In this document: positions 51,646 to 61,888 of the stretch, in pieces
Numbering within the stretch: the stretch's first letter is position 1
Layout: every line of letters starts with the position of its first letter
Source: Trypanosoma brucei
Taxonomy: Eukaryota
Length of the DNA stretch: 64,000 bases
NCBI GenBank assembly: GCA_000002445.1
Contig: CP000071.1
Span: 2,016,001-2,080,000, forward strand
Direction of reading: 5' to 3'
The notes under the pieces: model-generated
What the model was told of the DNA's origin: nothing
Databases searched by the model: none
The model's input: the letters and a program-made list of their open reading frames with translations, nothing else
Translations under genes and position numbers: made by a program

Positions 51646-54600
51646 ATGGCTGCCGTGTGGCGGAGTTTCAAGTTCTTCAATGCGGAGCTCGTAAAAAATC
51701 CCCTATGTCGCATGGAGATGACGTGTTGCTGTTGCGGCGAAGGTTTGGTGTTTGCTGGTGGAAGCGATGGCGCCGTATGGGCCGTTGACCGCAGTAGCAA
51801 TAACGAAGGCGTTAAGTGCGAATTTGGCGCATATAAAGGCCCTGTGCTATACATGAAGTACGTTCAATCGCGGAATGTGCTGGTTACTATCGGTGACGAC
51901 GACGGGGAAGATGTGTGTGTTATCCGTGTCTGGAACCTAGAAGCGGCAGCAGCACCGGGGAGGATATCACCACCGCCGTGTAATGAGCACCGTTTGTTTA
52001 GTTCGAAGCACCCGCCTCCACGAGAACGAGTACCTCTCTGCCCAATCTATGACACGGGTTCCACATCCTCTCCCACATCCAATAAGCGACGGGATGCGAC
52101 GGACTGCGCCCCAACCACAAGCATTAACACCGTTGTTGCATCTTTTGATGTTGCAGATGATCTTCAGTGTATGGCGGTGGCGCTTGTCAGCGGGGATGTT
52201 ATACTTCTTCATGATGATCTGGAGCGGAAGAAGGCGCTGAGGTTGCAGCGGCTCCGTAGTAACATTGCGAAAGGCCCAATTGCTTTTGTCGGCTTTACAA
52301 GAGCAACCTATACACCAGATGCGACAACAAAGAAAACCAAGAACCAGCAGCTTTTTACCCTCAGTGCGTCTCGCAGAGGAGAGGAAATGGTTACACATAT
52401 AATGTATAGTGTGTACGCTGATTGTGTGACGGTGTGGCAAGTGTCGTCCGCGGGTTGCGAGGAGCACAGCTGTGATTCTTTTGGTGGTGCTTTGAGGGGC
52501 CGTTGTTGCATGACAGATGATGGCCAACTTGTTGTTGCAAGTAATGCAAGCGATCACATTACCGTATTCGGTAACAAAGAGACTCTGTCTCCGCGGAAGC
52601 AGTCACAAGGGTCGTTTGTTAGTTCACATTTTAGTTCTTCTCAAGCAGTTGAAGTGGCCGGCCGAAAATGCTTGCTTCTTTCTCACCGTGGTTACGTTGT
52701 GGTGCTGGCGCAAAGTGACGCATGGTCAGACAGGTTCGTACTTCAGTGCTATGATCTGCCCAACCGGCTGCGCTGCCTGAGCCGCTCGCAAGAGAACTAC
52801 TGCACCCATGTCGAATGGATGTTGGCCGATTCTTCAGATATATTAGTTTTTTGTAGAGAGCCGATTCGACATGTTGAGGCAAGCAACAGCGGCAGCGTCA
52901 CCGGCTACGAAAGCAAGAACATCAGGACCGCTGCTCATGCGTGCTACCAGGTCGTACGGCTTGTGGAGGTTGGTCTGGAAAAGCGACTTCAGCAGCTCTT
53001 CCAAAAAGAGTGCTACGAAATCGCGCAGAGTATCGCATGCCGATCTCAGTCAACCCCAGGTGGAAGACACCGGAAAAATCAGCAGTTACTCGATATTAAG
53101 AAACACTACGGAGACTACCTTGTGAGCAAGCGGGACTACACTGGGGCGATGAGACAATACGTGGACATCATAGGCCACGTGGAGCCGTCATATGTTATAC
53201 GGGTATTCGTTGACGCACAGCAGATTGTGCCTCTCACGGGCTACCTGGAGGAGCTTCACAACACCCGAGACAACCAAACCGCTCAGCGGAGTCACACTAC
53301 ACTGTTACTGTGCTGTTACATTCAGCTGCATGACGAGGAGAAGCTGAACAATTTCATTCGCCGAAGTGATGTTCGCTTCGATCCTCGTATCGCAATTGAC
53401 GTATGCACGGAGGCAAGGTACTATGAGGCCGCGTTGTATCTCGCAGAAAAGTATGCTAAGCCGCACGACTATGTTACGGTGCAGCTCGATCACTTGAACA
53501 ACCCAAAGAAAGCCCTTGAGTTCATACAGGCGCTGTGTCTGGATGACGCTGAAGCCATATTGCGGCAACAGCACGGTAAGCACCTTGTAGCGGCACTACC
53601 GCGTAGAGCAACAGAAGTTCTCATTAATCTGTGTGTAGGTTGGAGTGGTCCCGCACGGCGCTTGGTGGGTAACGAAGTCGCGACCTCAAAGGAAGGGGGG
53701 CCCAAGCACCACAATCGTGGTGATGCAAAGGACTTTCTTCACATATTATCCGACTTCCCTGTGTGTCTTTTGCATTTCTTGCGAGCCGTGGTGAATAGCG
53801 GTGTGTTGGACGACGCAGATCCCAAACGGGAAATGGTAATTTATAATACGCTTCTGGAGATGTACGTTACACGGGAACTCAAACATGCCACTAGAGGTAA
53901 CATTATCCCCATGGAAGAAGAGTCGTTTGTTGCAGAATCGTGCGAGGAGCGGCGCAAGCAGGCATATGGGTTCTTTACGGTGCACAGCGGTAGGTACGAT
54001 CCATACCACGCCTTACTGCTGGCAGAGCAGCACGGCTTTGAGGAAGGTGTGTTCGTGCTTCTTCGCCGACTTAATTGCTCCACTGAGTTGATGCAATATC
54101 ACGCAAAAGGGCTGGCGCACGGTGTTCCCACTCTGGTACGACAGATAGCAAAGACAAGACTTATTGAAATTTGTCTCAACAGTACTAACGACGGTGTGGA
54201 GCAAAGTAATGACGGCTCGGGGAACGGTCCAAAGAGCGGTGGAAGTGCCCGTGAGTTGTGGTTGTCCCTGCTTTCCATGCTTGCGCACACTCCAGAAAGC
54301 GATGCCCAGGATATTAGCCAAGTACTGGGGCACATTGCCGCACAAGACGCGCTCTCACCACTATCTGTGCTCACAACACTTAACAGCAGCAACCCAGAGT
54401 TACCGCTGCACATATTTCGTGATTATGTGGTCAGGATGGTGCAACGTGAAGTGAAGCGGTCAGAGTCCATCAAAGCCCGCACGGAAGCGCGATTGAAGGA
54501 GCTGCATGAGCTTCATGGTAAATTGGACGCGTTGCAGACGCGTGTGACAACACTGCAAGCGTTCAATTGCAACCACTGTGGGTCTCCGCTCGATTTGCCA

Positions 54601-55017
54601 GCTGTGTACTTCAGTTGCCAGCACGCGTTCCATCAACGTTGTCTAAATGACACAGCGAGGTGCAACGTTTGCTCTCCAGCTAACTTTGAGTTTGGCTGTG
54701 TTGATCAGCCACAATACGATGGAGAGGATGAGAGTGACAAATTCTTCCATTGCTTAGGTGGTTTCAGTTATGAAAAGGGTTTCGATGTGGTGGTGGAGCG
54801 ATTTAGCAATGGTGTCACTGGCCTGCAGGGGCCCCGCAAGATGGACGCACCGTGTGATAGCAGCTCCATTGTCCATGGATTGCTCAATTCTTCTATCGAC
54901 CTCACCAGCAGTGTCAATAGAAGTAGAGGCCCAAGCGAAACCGTTTTGCTGAGTGATGATGACACCTACGATGAATCTGGCGAGTTGATGAAACCGGAGG
55001 CAGTAGAGCTGTGGTAG
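51646..55017 (+). CDS. HOPS/CORVET tethering-complex subunit (Vps11/Vps18-like) with a C-terminal RING-H2 finger (about 1,123 aa)
   Basis: The ORF track starts at a GTG at 51619. The ATG is at 51646. The N-terminus is beta-propeller-like, followed by a long alpha-solenoid or clathrin-heavy-chain-repeat-like middle. The C-terminal RING-H2 is 'CNHCGSPLDLPAVYFSCQHAFHQRCLNDTARCNVC' (C-x2-C...C-x-H-x2-H-x2-C...C-x2-C). Sequence alone does not say which Vps subunit this is. Confidence 0.6.
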   Translation: MAAVWRSFKFFNAELVKNPLCRMEMTCCCCGEGLVFAGGSDGAVWAVDRSSNNEGVKCEFGAYKGPVLYMKYVQSRNVLVTIGDDDGEDVCVIRVWNLEAAAAPGRISPPPCNEHRLFSSKHPPPRERVPLCPIYDTGSTSSPTSNKRRDATDCAPTTSINTVVASFDVADDLQCMAVALVSGDVILLHDDLERKKALRLQRLRSNIAKGPIAFVGFTRATYTPDATTKKTKNQQLFTLSASRRGEEMVTHIMYSVYADCVTVWQVSSAGCEEHSCDSFGGALRGRCCMTDDGQLVVASNASDHITVFGNKETLSPRKQSQGSFVSSHFSSSQAVEVAGRKCLLLSHRGYVVVLAQSDAWSDRFVLQCYDLPNRLRCLSRSQENYCTHVEWMLADSSDILVFCREPIRHVEASNSGSVTGYESKNIRTAAHACYQVVRLVEVGLEKRLQQLFQKECYEIAQSIACRSQSTPGGRHRKNQQLLDIKKHYGDYLVSKRDYTGAMRQYVDIIGHVEPSYVIRVFVDAQQIVPLTGYLEELHNTRDNQTAQRSHTTLLLCCYIQLHDEEKLNNFIRRSDVRFDPRIAIDVCTEARYYEAALYLAEKYAKPHDYVTVQLDHLNNPKKALEFIQALCLDDAEAILRQQHGKHLVAALPRRATEVLINLCVGWSGPARRLVGNEVATSKEGGPKHHNRGDAKDFLHILSDFPVCLLHFLRAVVNSGVLDDADPKREMVIYNTLLEMYVTRELKHATRGNIIPMEEESFVAESCEERRKQAYGFFTVHSGRYDPYHALLLAEQHGFEEGVFVLLRRLNCSTELMQYHAKGLAHGVPTLVRQIAKTRLIEICLNSTNDGVEQSNDGSGNGPKSGGSARELWLSLLSMLAHTPESDAQDISQVLGHIAAQDALSPLSVLTTLNSSNPELPLHIFRDYVVRMVQREVKRSESIKARTEARLKELHELHGKLDALQTRVTTLQAFNCNHCGSPLDLPAVYFSCQHAFHQRCLNDTARCNVCSPANFEFGCVDQPQYDGEDESDKFFHCLGGFSYEKGFDVVVERFSNGVTGLQGPRKMDAPCDSSSIVHGLLNSSIDLTSSVNRSRGPSETVLLSDDDTYDESGELMKPEAVELW

Positions 55018-55615
55018 TTGGTAGCAACAACGTTTTCGCTGACATTATTGCAGCTGTGTGATCTCTTGCGTTTGTGTTTTTGATGTTGTTTTGTTTTGCT
55101 TTTCTGCCGGGGAAACAGCGAAATCCCTTGACCTCATCTAGTTTAATATTTCGGCTTTCGCACATGTAACTGGGTCCGGGGAAACAAAAACATATGCATG
55201 GGCCTACCACCGATGATTGTTACGGTTTCCCTTGCGTACAGCAACGTTGGTTGATACTAAAGGTTTTTACCTGCTATCCGTGTGCTATTCAGGTGGTACC
55301 TTCATTTTGTCTATTACCACCATTCGTCGGTGACGACCGGTGCCACGTGCTTCCCCAGTCCCCTTTCTAGTTCGTGGACCTCACCGCCCTTTCTGATTCA
55401 TTTATTGTTTGTCCTGAACAAGTTTTCTTCCAACTGAGTTTGTGGGGAAAGCGGGAGAAAGGCAGATCATCGTTCCCGGCCGTTCAGGCAAGATCCCTTT
55501 TCCTTTGAACCACGGAGGGGGAAATTAGTGCCTTTTTTTTTTTTGAGCACGGAGGATACGCACGCGTATACATAAAAAGGAAAGATAAAAACGAGGGTAG
55601 GATATTTGAAGAGAA

Positions 55616-56065
55616 ATGTCGAAGAAGCAAGGCGCGCAGGGACTTGAGACGTCGCCTGAGCTTTCCTTCATAAAACAGGGACATCTTAACTTGCTCATTC
55701 ATACAAAAGACGGGGAACAGCGACTTGTTCCAGTAGATTCTTTGGCCTTCATTGATGACCCGCAATTGGTGCGTAGCCGGACGATGGATCAGGTTAATTT
55801 CAACAGTGAGTGCATCTTCAAGGTCACTCTTGACTTCAGTGAGCCGATTCCGTGCATAGAGGAGACAGCGGTTCGGGAGATGACCGATTGGGTATTGTGT
55901 TCCTGCAAGGGAAACAATGCTTTCTACTCACCGGTAGAGAAACGGTTGATCTTGCAGAGCTGTACAGTGTGTCTGCAAAGCAACGTCCGAGCGCTAGTTG
56001 ACCCGTTTGTTGTTATGCTGCTTTATAACGAGGAAGGATGGGTAGTGGATCGTGTTCTAAAATAA
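55616..56065 (+). CDS. small hypothetical protein (149 aa)
   Basis: Clean ATG ORF with a globular-looking composition, containing 'VDSLAFIDDPQLV'. No family recognised. Confidence 0.45.
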   Translation: MSKKQGAQGLETSPELSFIKQGHLNLLIHTKDGEQRLVPVDSLAFIDDPQLVRSRTMDQVNFNSECIFKVTLDFSEPIPCIEETAVREMTDWVLCSCKGNNAFYSPVEKRLILQSCTVCLQSNVRALVDPFVVMLLYNEEGWVVDRVLK

Positions 56066-56491
56066 TTGGATAACCACAATTTTGTATATGATTGTAAACA
56101 AATTCGCTACTTCTGCTGAAGGGGAAAGGCGCTCTTTCAATCCATCAGAGAGACACTATATGTAGTCACAGTGTTTGGAGTTGTAGGTCAGCTGCAGAGT
56201 ACCCCTTTCTGTTTTGCCCGCCGTGCATTCCCAAATTCATTCTCAACTGGCACCTCATCATCATGTGCTTTCAGGTAAAGCATGCGTGCCTTAAACCACC
56301 GTATTTGTGTTTGCTGCTGGTGGAGTATACTGCATGACATCATTCGGTTTAAACCTCACGTGTATTTATTCCCGCACCACATTTTCGGTATTCACTTCCA
56401 CCCTCCCCACACACATACGCACATATGCCACTTCTTTGCGGCTCTCTCTTTCGATTAACACACAGGTCTTCGTTACGAGGATTAAAGAAAC

Positions 56492-58444
56492 ATGAAAAAC
56501 AACGACGCTAACCATATGCGCAAGCGGTCGCGCGAGGATCCAACGAATGCAGAAGCTGCGGAGTTTTCCGAAGACCAGGGGGTGGGCGGCCAGCAAACAG
56601 AGGTAAAAGGGACAAAATCCAGCTCAACGTCGAGGGTATCCCCTGAAATACCAGATGAGAGCGCGTGTATATACGAATACGTGAGTGGGCCAACTGCTGT
56701 TAGTACCAGCGGTGGCAACAGTGGAAATAGCCCTGGAAGCACTCACCCGTCTGAACGTAAGTTAAAGCAGGCGACGCTACCTTCCTATGGATTGGTAAAC
56801 GACACTGCGGTATTCCGCAAAGAGCTTGCTGATAGAGACGCACAGATCGATGAGCTTCGCGAGAAACTGGCAGCCGTGGAGACGCGGATGTCCGAAAGGG
56901 AGACAACTCTTGTCAACACGCAGGCACAACTACAGGAGGCTGTCGATCGCAACAATCGCTACCAGGTTGTTCTTCGTGAGGAAATGTTGAGAGCGGCCCG
57001 TCAAGAGAGATGCGATGCCAGACGTGCCTTACATTTGAAGCAATTTGAGCTTGGACAGATAGCAGTGTGGCATAGTAACGGGCGCGAGGTGTGGGTCGAA
57101 GGCAACAAAATGAGGCAGCTCACCATGCAGCTTGAGGAGCTTAGTGTACGCCGTGATGAAGTGGAGGAGCTCAAAAAAACGGCTGAAAAGCGGGCGCGGC
57201 AGATACTGAGGAGCAACGACGAGGACTCGATGGCACCGGAAGCCCAAGCGGCACTGATGGAGTTGCAGGAGGCAGCTCTGCTGTACACAGCAGAGTTTGC
57301 AGCCTTGGGTAGCGCCATCCAGTCGCTAAAACAGCAGCAACAAGACTTAAATCACGAGAAAAAAGTGTTTCTTAAGGAGATCCGTCGCGTAAATGACGAA
57401 GATGCATCTGCCTTCGTGGCTGTGCCGGCTCTCGGTCACAATGGTCGATATGTAATGATGCATCTGCTCGGCAAAGGAGGCTTCTCTGAGGTGTGGAAAG
57501 CCTTTGACTTGCAGGAGGCGCGGTACGTTGCGTGCAAAATCCATCGCGTACAGAGGGAATGGTCACAACAGGTGCGACAACACTACCGGGACCGTGCAGT
57601 TCGTGAGCTAAAAATTATGCGAATGCTGGAACACCCGCACCTTACACGGCTCTTCGATGCCTTCGACCACGGCACGGCAACGTTCGTATCGGTCATGGAA
57701 TTTAGCGCGGGGACCGATCTTGACACGCATCTGAAGCGTTGTGGCACCCTCCGTGAGGTGGAGGCGCGGTTAATAATTATGCAAGTAGTCAGTGCGTTGC
57801 GCTATTTCGCAGCACAGCATCAACCGGTCATCCACTACGACCTTAAACCGGCGAATATTCTTCTCCATTCTAGTAACCAAAGCAGTTTGCTAATCAAAAT
57901 AACGGACTTTGGTCTCAGTAAGCTCATCCCGAAGCGAGACGGGGCAAGCGACAACCCAACCATAGAACTGACGTCACAGGGGGCGGGAACATATTGGTAT
58001 CTTCCGCCCGAGTGCTTCGATACCACAGCAACTCCTCGGATCAGTAACAAAGTTGACGTGTGGTCGTGCGGTGTTATATTCTATCAGATGCTATTTGGTC
58101 GCCGTCCATTCGCCGAGGGCGAGTCACAGCAACAAATATGGCAAAACAAACTCATTGTTTCTTCTGCACACACCTTAACGTTTCCCGACACCCCGCGTGT
58201 CTCGCAGGAGGCAAAAGATTTAATACAAAAGTGCCTCGAATACCACCCTGCGGACCGCTACGACGTGATGCAACTCAGTCAGGACCCGTACCTGCAGCGC
58301 AATACACGGAGGCTCTCACGCACCGAAAGGACACTCCCCGCAGCAACCCAGAATTCCTCAACAACAGTGGTGACGACTGCTGCGGCTGCCTCTGGGGTAA
58401 CGCTGACAGGCTCCGTTGAGGAGAAGTTAAGTAACATCCCCTGA
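56492..58444 (+). CDS. TLK: Tousled-like kinase (TLK), 650 aa
   Basis: The N-terminal coiled-coil region (about 300 aa) is followed by a kinase domain with TLK-specific context: 'HLLGKGGFSEVWKAFDL', 'YVACKIHRVQREWSQ' (the 'W' insert typical of TLKs), 'HYDLKPANILL', 'ITDFGLSK', 'GTYWYLPPECF'. Confidence 0.8.
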   Translation: MKNNDANHMRKRSREDPTNAEAAEFSEDQGVGGQQTEVKGTKSSSTSRVSPEIPDESACIYEYVSGPTAVSTSGGNSGNSPGSTHPSERKLKQATLPSYGLVNDTAVFRKELADRDAQIDELREKLAAVETRMSERETTLVNTQAQLQEAVDRNNRYQVVLREEMLRAARQERCDARRALHLKQFELGQIAVWHSNGREVWVEGNKMRQLTMQLEELSVRRDEVEELKKTAEKRARQILRSNDEDSMAPEAQAALMELQEAALLYTAEFAALGSAIQSLKQQQQDLNHEKKVFLKEIRRVNDEDASAFVAVPALGHNGRYVMMHLLGKGGFSEVWKAFDLQEARYVACKIHRVQREWSQQVRQHYRDRAVRELKIMRMLEHPHLTRLFDAFDHGTATFVSVMEFSAGTDLDTHLKRCGTLREVEARLIIMQVVSALRYFAAQHQPVIHYDLKPANILLHSSNQSSLLIKITDFGLSKLIPKRDGASDNPTIELTSQGAGTYWYLPPECFDTTATPRISNKVDVWSCGVIFYQMLFGRRPFAEGESQQQIWQNKLIVSSAHTLTFPDTPRVSQEAKDLIQKCLEYHPADRYDVMQLSQDPYLQRNTRRLSRTERTLPAATQNSSTTVVTTAAAASGVTLTGSVEEKLSNIP

Positions 58445-59359
58445 ACAGCATGGGTATTTCATCCACTTCACTTGGCGGAACTCAAAAACAGTGAGTTGTA
58501 CAGTTGGAAGCTAGGGCTTCGGAAATAGCGGTAAAAAGGGAAACCAGGAGTGCACATTGGAACAGGGCGCAAAAAGGGGGGAAAGTAAATAGGGGAGGCA
58601 ATGGAGGGTTAAACGTAAGTGAATCGGCACAATGAACACTTGTTGTATTTGCCACGCTCGCGTACACTCCTCCTCCATGCGTTTGGTACGGTATTGAATT
58701 GTCTTAATTATTGCACTTTTATAGAATGAGGTGAAGGGGTGTTCTGCACTCCAAAGTTTCCTCTTCCAGACGTGGAAAGTGGTGTCTCCGCTTCCGCCAG
58801 TGCTTTTTTTTTTTCTTGCCATCACTGATCTGTAGGTGATGCAGAGTATCCCACCCACGTGCGGCACGGACTCGACCAAACTCTGCAAATTGACAATCTT
58901 TATGCTTGTAATGTGGCACCTTCTACCCCGAGCTCCGGGTGCTGCCTGTGTCACAGATAAATGTACCTTTGCTGACAAGTGAATGAACCAAAGGGATGAC
59001 ATAACCACTGTGAACCCCTTTTCCTTCCTTTATTAAGCTGCCGCGTTGCGGTTGAATGCCTTCATTGACTGTAGGGTGCACCAGATTCATGTCGTGAAAA
59101 CATGAAGGGATGTGCGAGCAGTGTTTTCGGACTGCTGAAGCGACGACTCGTTTATACCACTGGTTCGATGTTGATGCTCCTAACAGTGCCATTCCGCGGC
59201 TCGGGGAGGAGAGATCTCAAAAAACTGCTGGAGCCACTGCTAACGACTGGGACCTAATATGGGTTTACAAGCGATGGACAACCTTTACAAGAGCCAGTGC
59301 CCAGCAGCGTGTCGCAGTGATCTGTTAATCCTCCCCTCCCTTCCCCTCCTGGCAGTAAT

Positions 59360-59505
59360 AAGAGCTGCGACTTCAGGGATTGGCGGATGCTAAAGGTGAG
59401 GGTGGATGTGGTGCCCCAATTGCTGCACTCACTTCAGGGTTATTGCTGATGGTTTTTACGGGGAGGGGAAGTTCCATCACCGACACATCCGCCAATCCCT
59501 GAAGT
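59360..59505. other. perfect 20-bp inverted repeat (potential long hairpin) with a 106-nt loop
   Basis: 'acttcagggattggcggatg' at 59360-59379 is the exact reverse complement of 'catccgccaatccctgaagt' at 59486-59505. It lies in the TLK-to-membrane-protein intergenic region, just downstream of a poly-Y/AG at about 59322-59353. Confidence 0.8.
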
Positions 59506-60054
59506 GGTAGCAGATGTTGGCTCACAGGGATGCCATGCAGCGAGAGAAAATGGGGGTTGGGACGACAATACGGAATTGGGGGCAAAGCCCTGTGGTTGGT
59601 GGGTGAGAAAAAAAAATTGAAGGAGTTGTTCGGCGGTCGCGGTGCAAAGGCGAGGTGGAAATAGCTGAAAAGGTAGCGCGTGATGGGTGAAGCCCTGAAG
59701 ATGGGAAGAACAGTGGCCAGATTCTCCGCGAGTCCAGCTGAAGGGGCGCCGGTCGTTGTGACTGTGGGTCTTTCTTCATTATTCCAGCTAGTTTTCTTTT
59801 ATACGCGCTCATAAGCAATATTTTCTTCTTGCCGGTCATCTACTACTTTTTATTATAGCTGGGAACGAACGTTTGTGCTGTGGTAACGGAAAACTAGACA
59901 GTTGAGAGTTGTCGGGAAGCGCAAGTGCAGTAAGGAAAGTGGAGAGAAGAAACACAGCAAGAGACAGCAGCAAGTCCATCAGCTTTGCTTGAGCGACACA
60001 TATACAAACGGCTGTAGAGCTTTCATCACAGACTGCAAACAAAGGACCCGACGT

Positions 60055-60879
60055 ATGGAGCTTTCGTTCCCCTTTCTGCTGTCAACCGTCGTGCTTATCG
60101 TGTTCTACACGGTGGACTTCTTCTTCGCGCGGCTTCTCAACGTACTCAAGCAAGATCATCTCGAGTTGGATGAGTGCTCCCCAGAAGAGTCACCCGATTT
60201 GGATCCTGCCTTTGTTGTAGGTTCCCTGAAGCAGGTAGCGGTGGAAATGTTAGAATACCAACGGCGGCGCTTCCACATGGGCGAAACGGGGGTCCCTTCA
60301 ACGGCTGCCGACTCTGACCCGGTGCCGTCAGCCACGGTAGACTTTTGTAACCTGCCGACTGCAGCCTCATCTCATCCTTCAGAAAATGTGGTGCACGTTG
60401 TGGTGATCATATGTGGTTTGGTTGGCCCTTTCGCTACTGTTTGCCAGGCGCTGTTTCCAAACGCATTTGGCTGGTGCCGCTTCAACTTCGCTTATTTCGT
60501 ACAGTACATTGGAGCCTTCTCAGGTGTTGCCTCCGTCTCCGTATACACCGGGCGGGTGTGGCATTGCTCCTCCTACAGTGAAGTCAGTCGCAAGCAGTGG
60601 CTGGAGCTCATGTGGTTTCGTCTTGACTTCATGTGTCTGATGTCTGTGGCAGCTTTCTTTGGTGCTGGTTCGTGGGTGGTGACTATTTGTTTACTTGCTA
60701 TCGGTTTTTACTTGGCCTACCGCGTGATGCGCATTGAGAAGTGGATGCAATCGCTGCAAGTGGAAACACAGTTAGTTCGTGGGGAGGTTGACGTTGACCG
60801 TGTTTACGTACCAGGGACGGTGGAGGCCGCTAAGGCGCTCGGCACTTCTGAGAAGCAGGGGTACAATGCGGTTGTTTAA
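60055..60879 (+). CDS. small multi-pass membrane protein (about 274 aa)
   Basis: The ORF track starts at a TTG at 59902. The ATG at 60055 gives 'MELSFPFLLSTVVLIVFYTV'. At least four hydrophobic helices are present, including 'VVHVVVIICGLVGPFATV', 'FAYFVQYIGAFSGVASVSVY' and 'FMCLMSVAAFFGAGSWVVTICLLAIGFYLAY'. Confidence 0.5.
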   Translation: MELSFPFLLSTVVLIVFYTVDFFFARLLNVLKQDHLELDECSPEESPDLDPAFVVGSLKQVAVEMLEYQRRRFHMGETGVPSTAADSDPVPSATVDFCNLPTAASSHPSENVVHVVVIICGLVGPFATVCQALFPNAFGWCRFNFAYFVQYIGAFSGVASVSVYTGRVWHCSSYSEVSRKQWLELMWFRLDFMCLMSVAAFFGAGSWVVTICLLAIGFYLAYRVMRIEKWMQSLQVETQLVRGEVDVDRVYVPGTVEAAKALGTSEKQGYNAVV

Positions 60880-61888
60880 CTTCGAGGAAGGTTGGGGATA
60901 TATATATATATATATAAAGAAAGAGGGGAAAAGGGAAAGGGCAAGCAGTGAAAGCGGTTGAAATGGGCAAGTGGCGTGATAGGCAGGTGTCTGCTTACTT
61001 GCCCGCACTGTGCCCGAAAAAAAAAAAAGAGAGAGCAAGGGGAAGGTACATGGGTTTGTCCAGGCTGTGCGTGCCGCTGCGAAAGTGGAGAGGTGCTGAA
61101 GCGGTAACTTGAGAGCCGTATTTATTCGGCATTCTTACTTCGTTTCCACACACCACTGTGTGTCGCCTGCTGACCTTTGTTTCACTATTGATCCTGTGGG
61201 CCGGGGCTGGAGACACTTTGCGTCACTCACATAAATGAGGAAAGTACGGCAAAGGGGCGTGGTTGTATCGCGAGCGGTCGTAGTGGAAAACTGAACCGGT
61301 TTTTCACTCAGTGGCGAGGAGAGTGTGATTTCTATCGTGTATGGGTTTTCATGATGTTCTTATCGTTGTCCCTTCCCAGTTTGCAGTAAGGCAGTGACAC
61401 GTTTCCATTGCTAATTTGGACATTAACACTGTGCAGCGGAGCAGAGGAGGGAACCAATTGTTGTAAGTGAAATCATCTTCTCAGCCCCTCCTTCATGAAT
61501 CAAAGTGCTTGATTTTCTTCTGCGGCCTAAACGTTCTCCTCTCCATTCGATCTCCTCACACCAAATACACTACTGCCGATCTAATAGATTGTCAAAACTC
61601 ATAGCATCAAAATCCGTCGGTGGGCCCTAACCTCCCCACGTGCGACTCGCCGCCGCGCGTGCCAGGGCTTTGCAACCTACAATAAGGGAGAATAAACGCA
61701 AGGAACGCGGGCAGCAACGGCGTCGCACCCGCAGCATAGCTGCTGTCATTTGCATCGTACACCTTAGGCAAAGTGGCGCAAGCCTGTGCCGTTACATAAA
61801 TTAATAACAATAATAAAAGAAAGGGGGAAGGGAGGGCGGTGGCATCCGTACCAACGGAAGAGTGGGGGGGTGAATAGTCGCATTTCGA

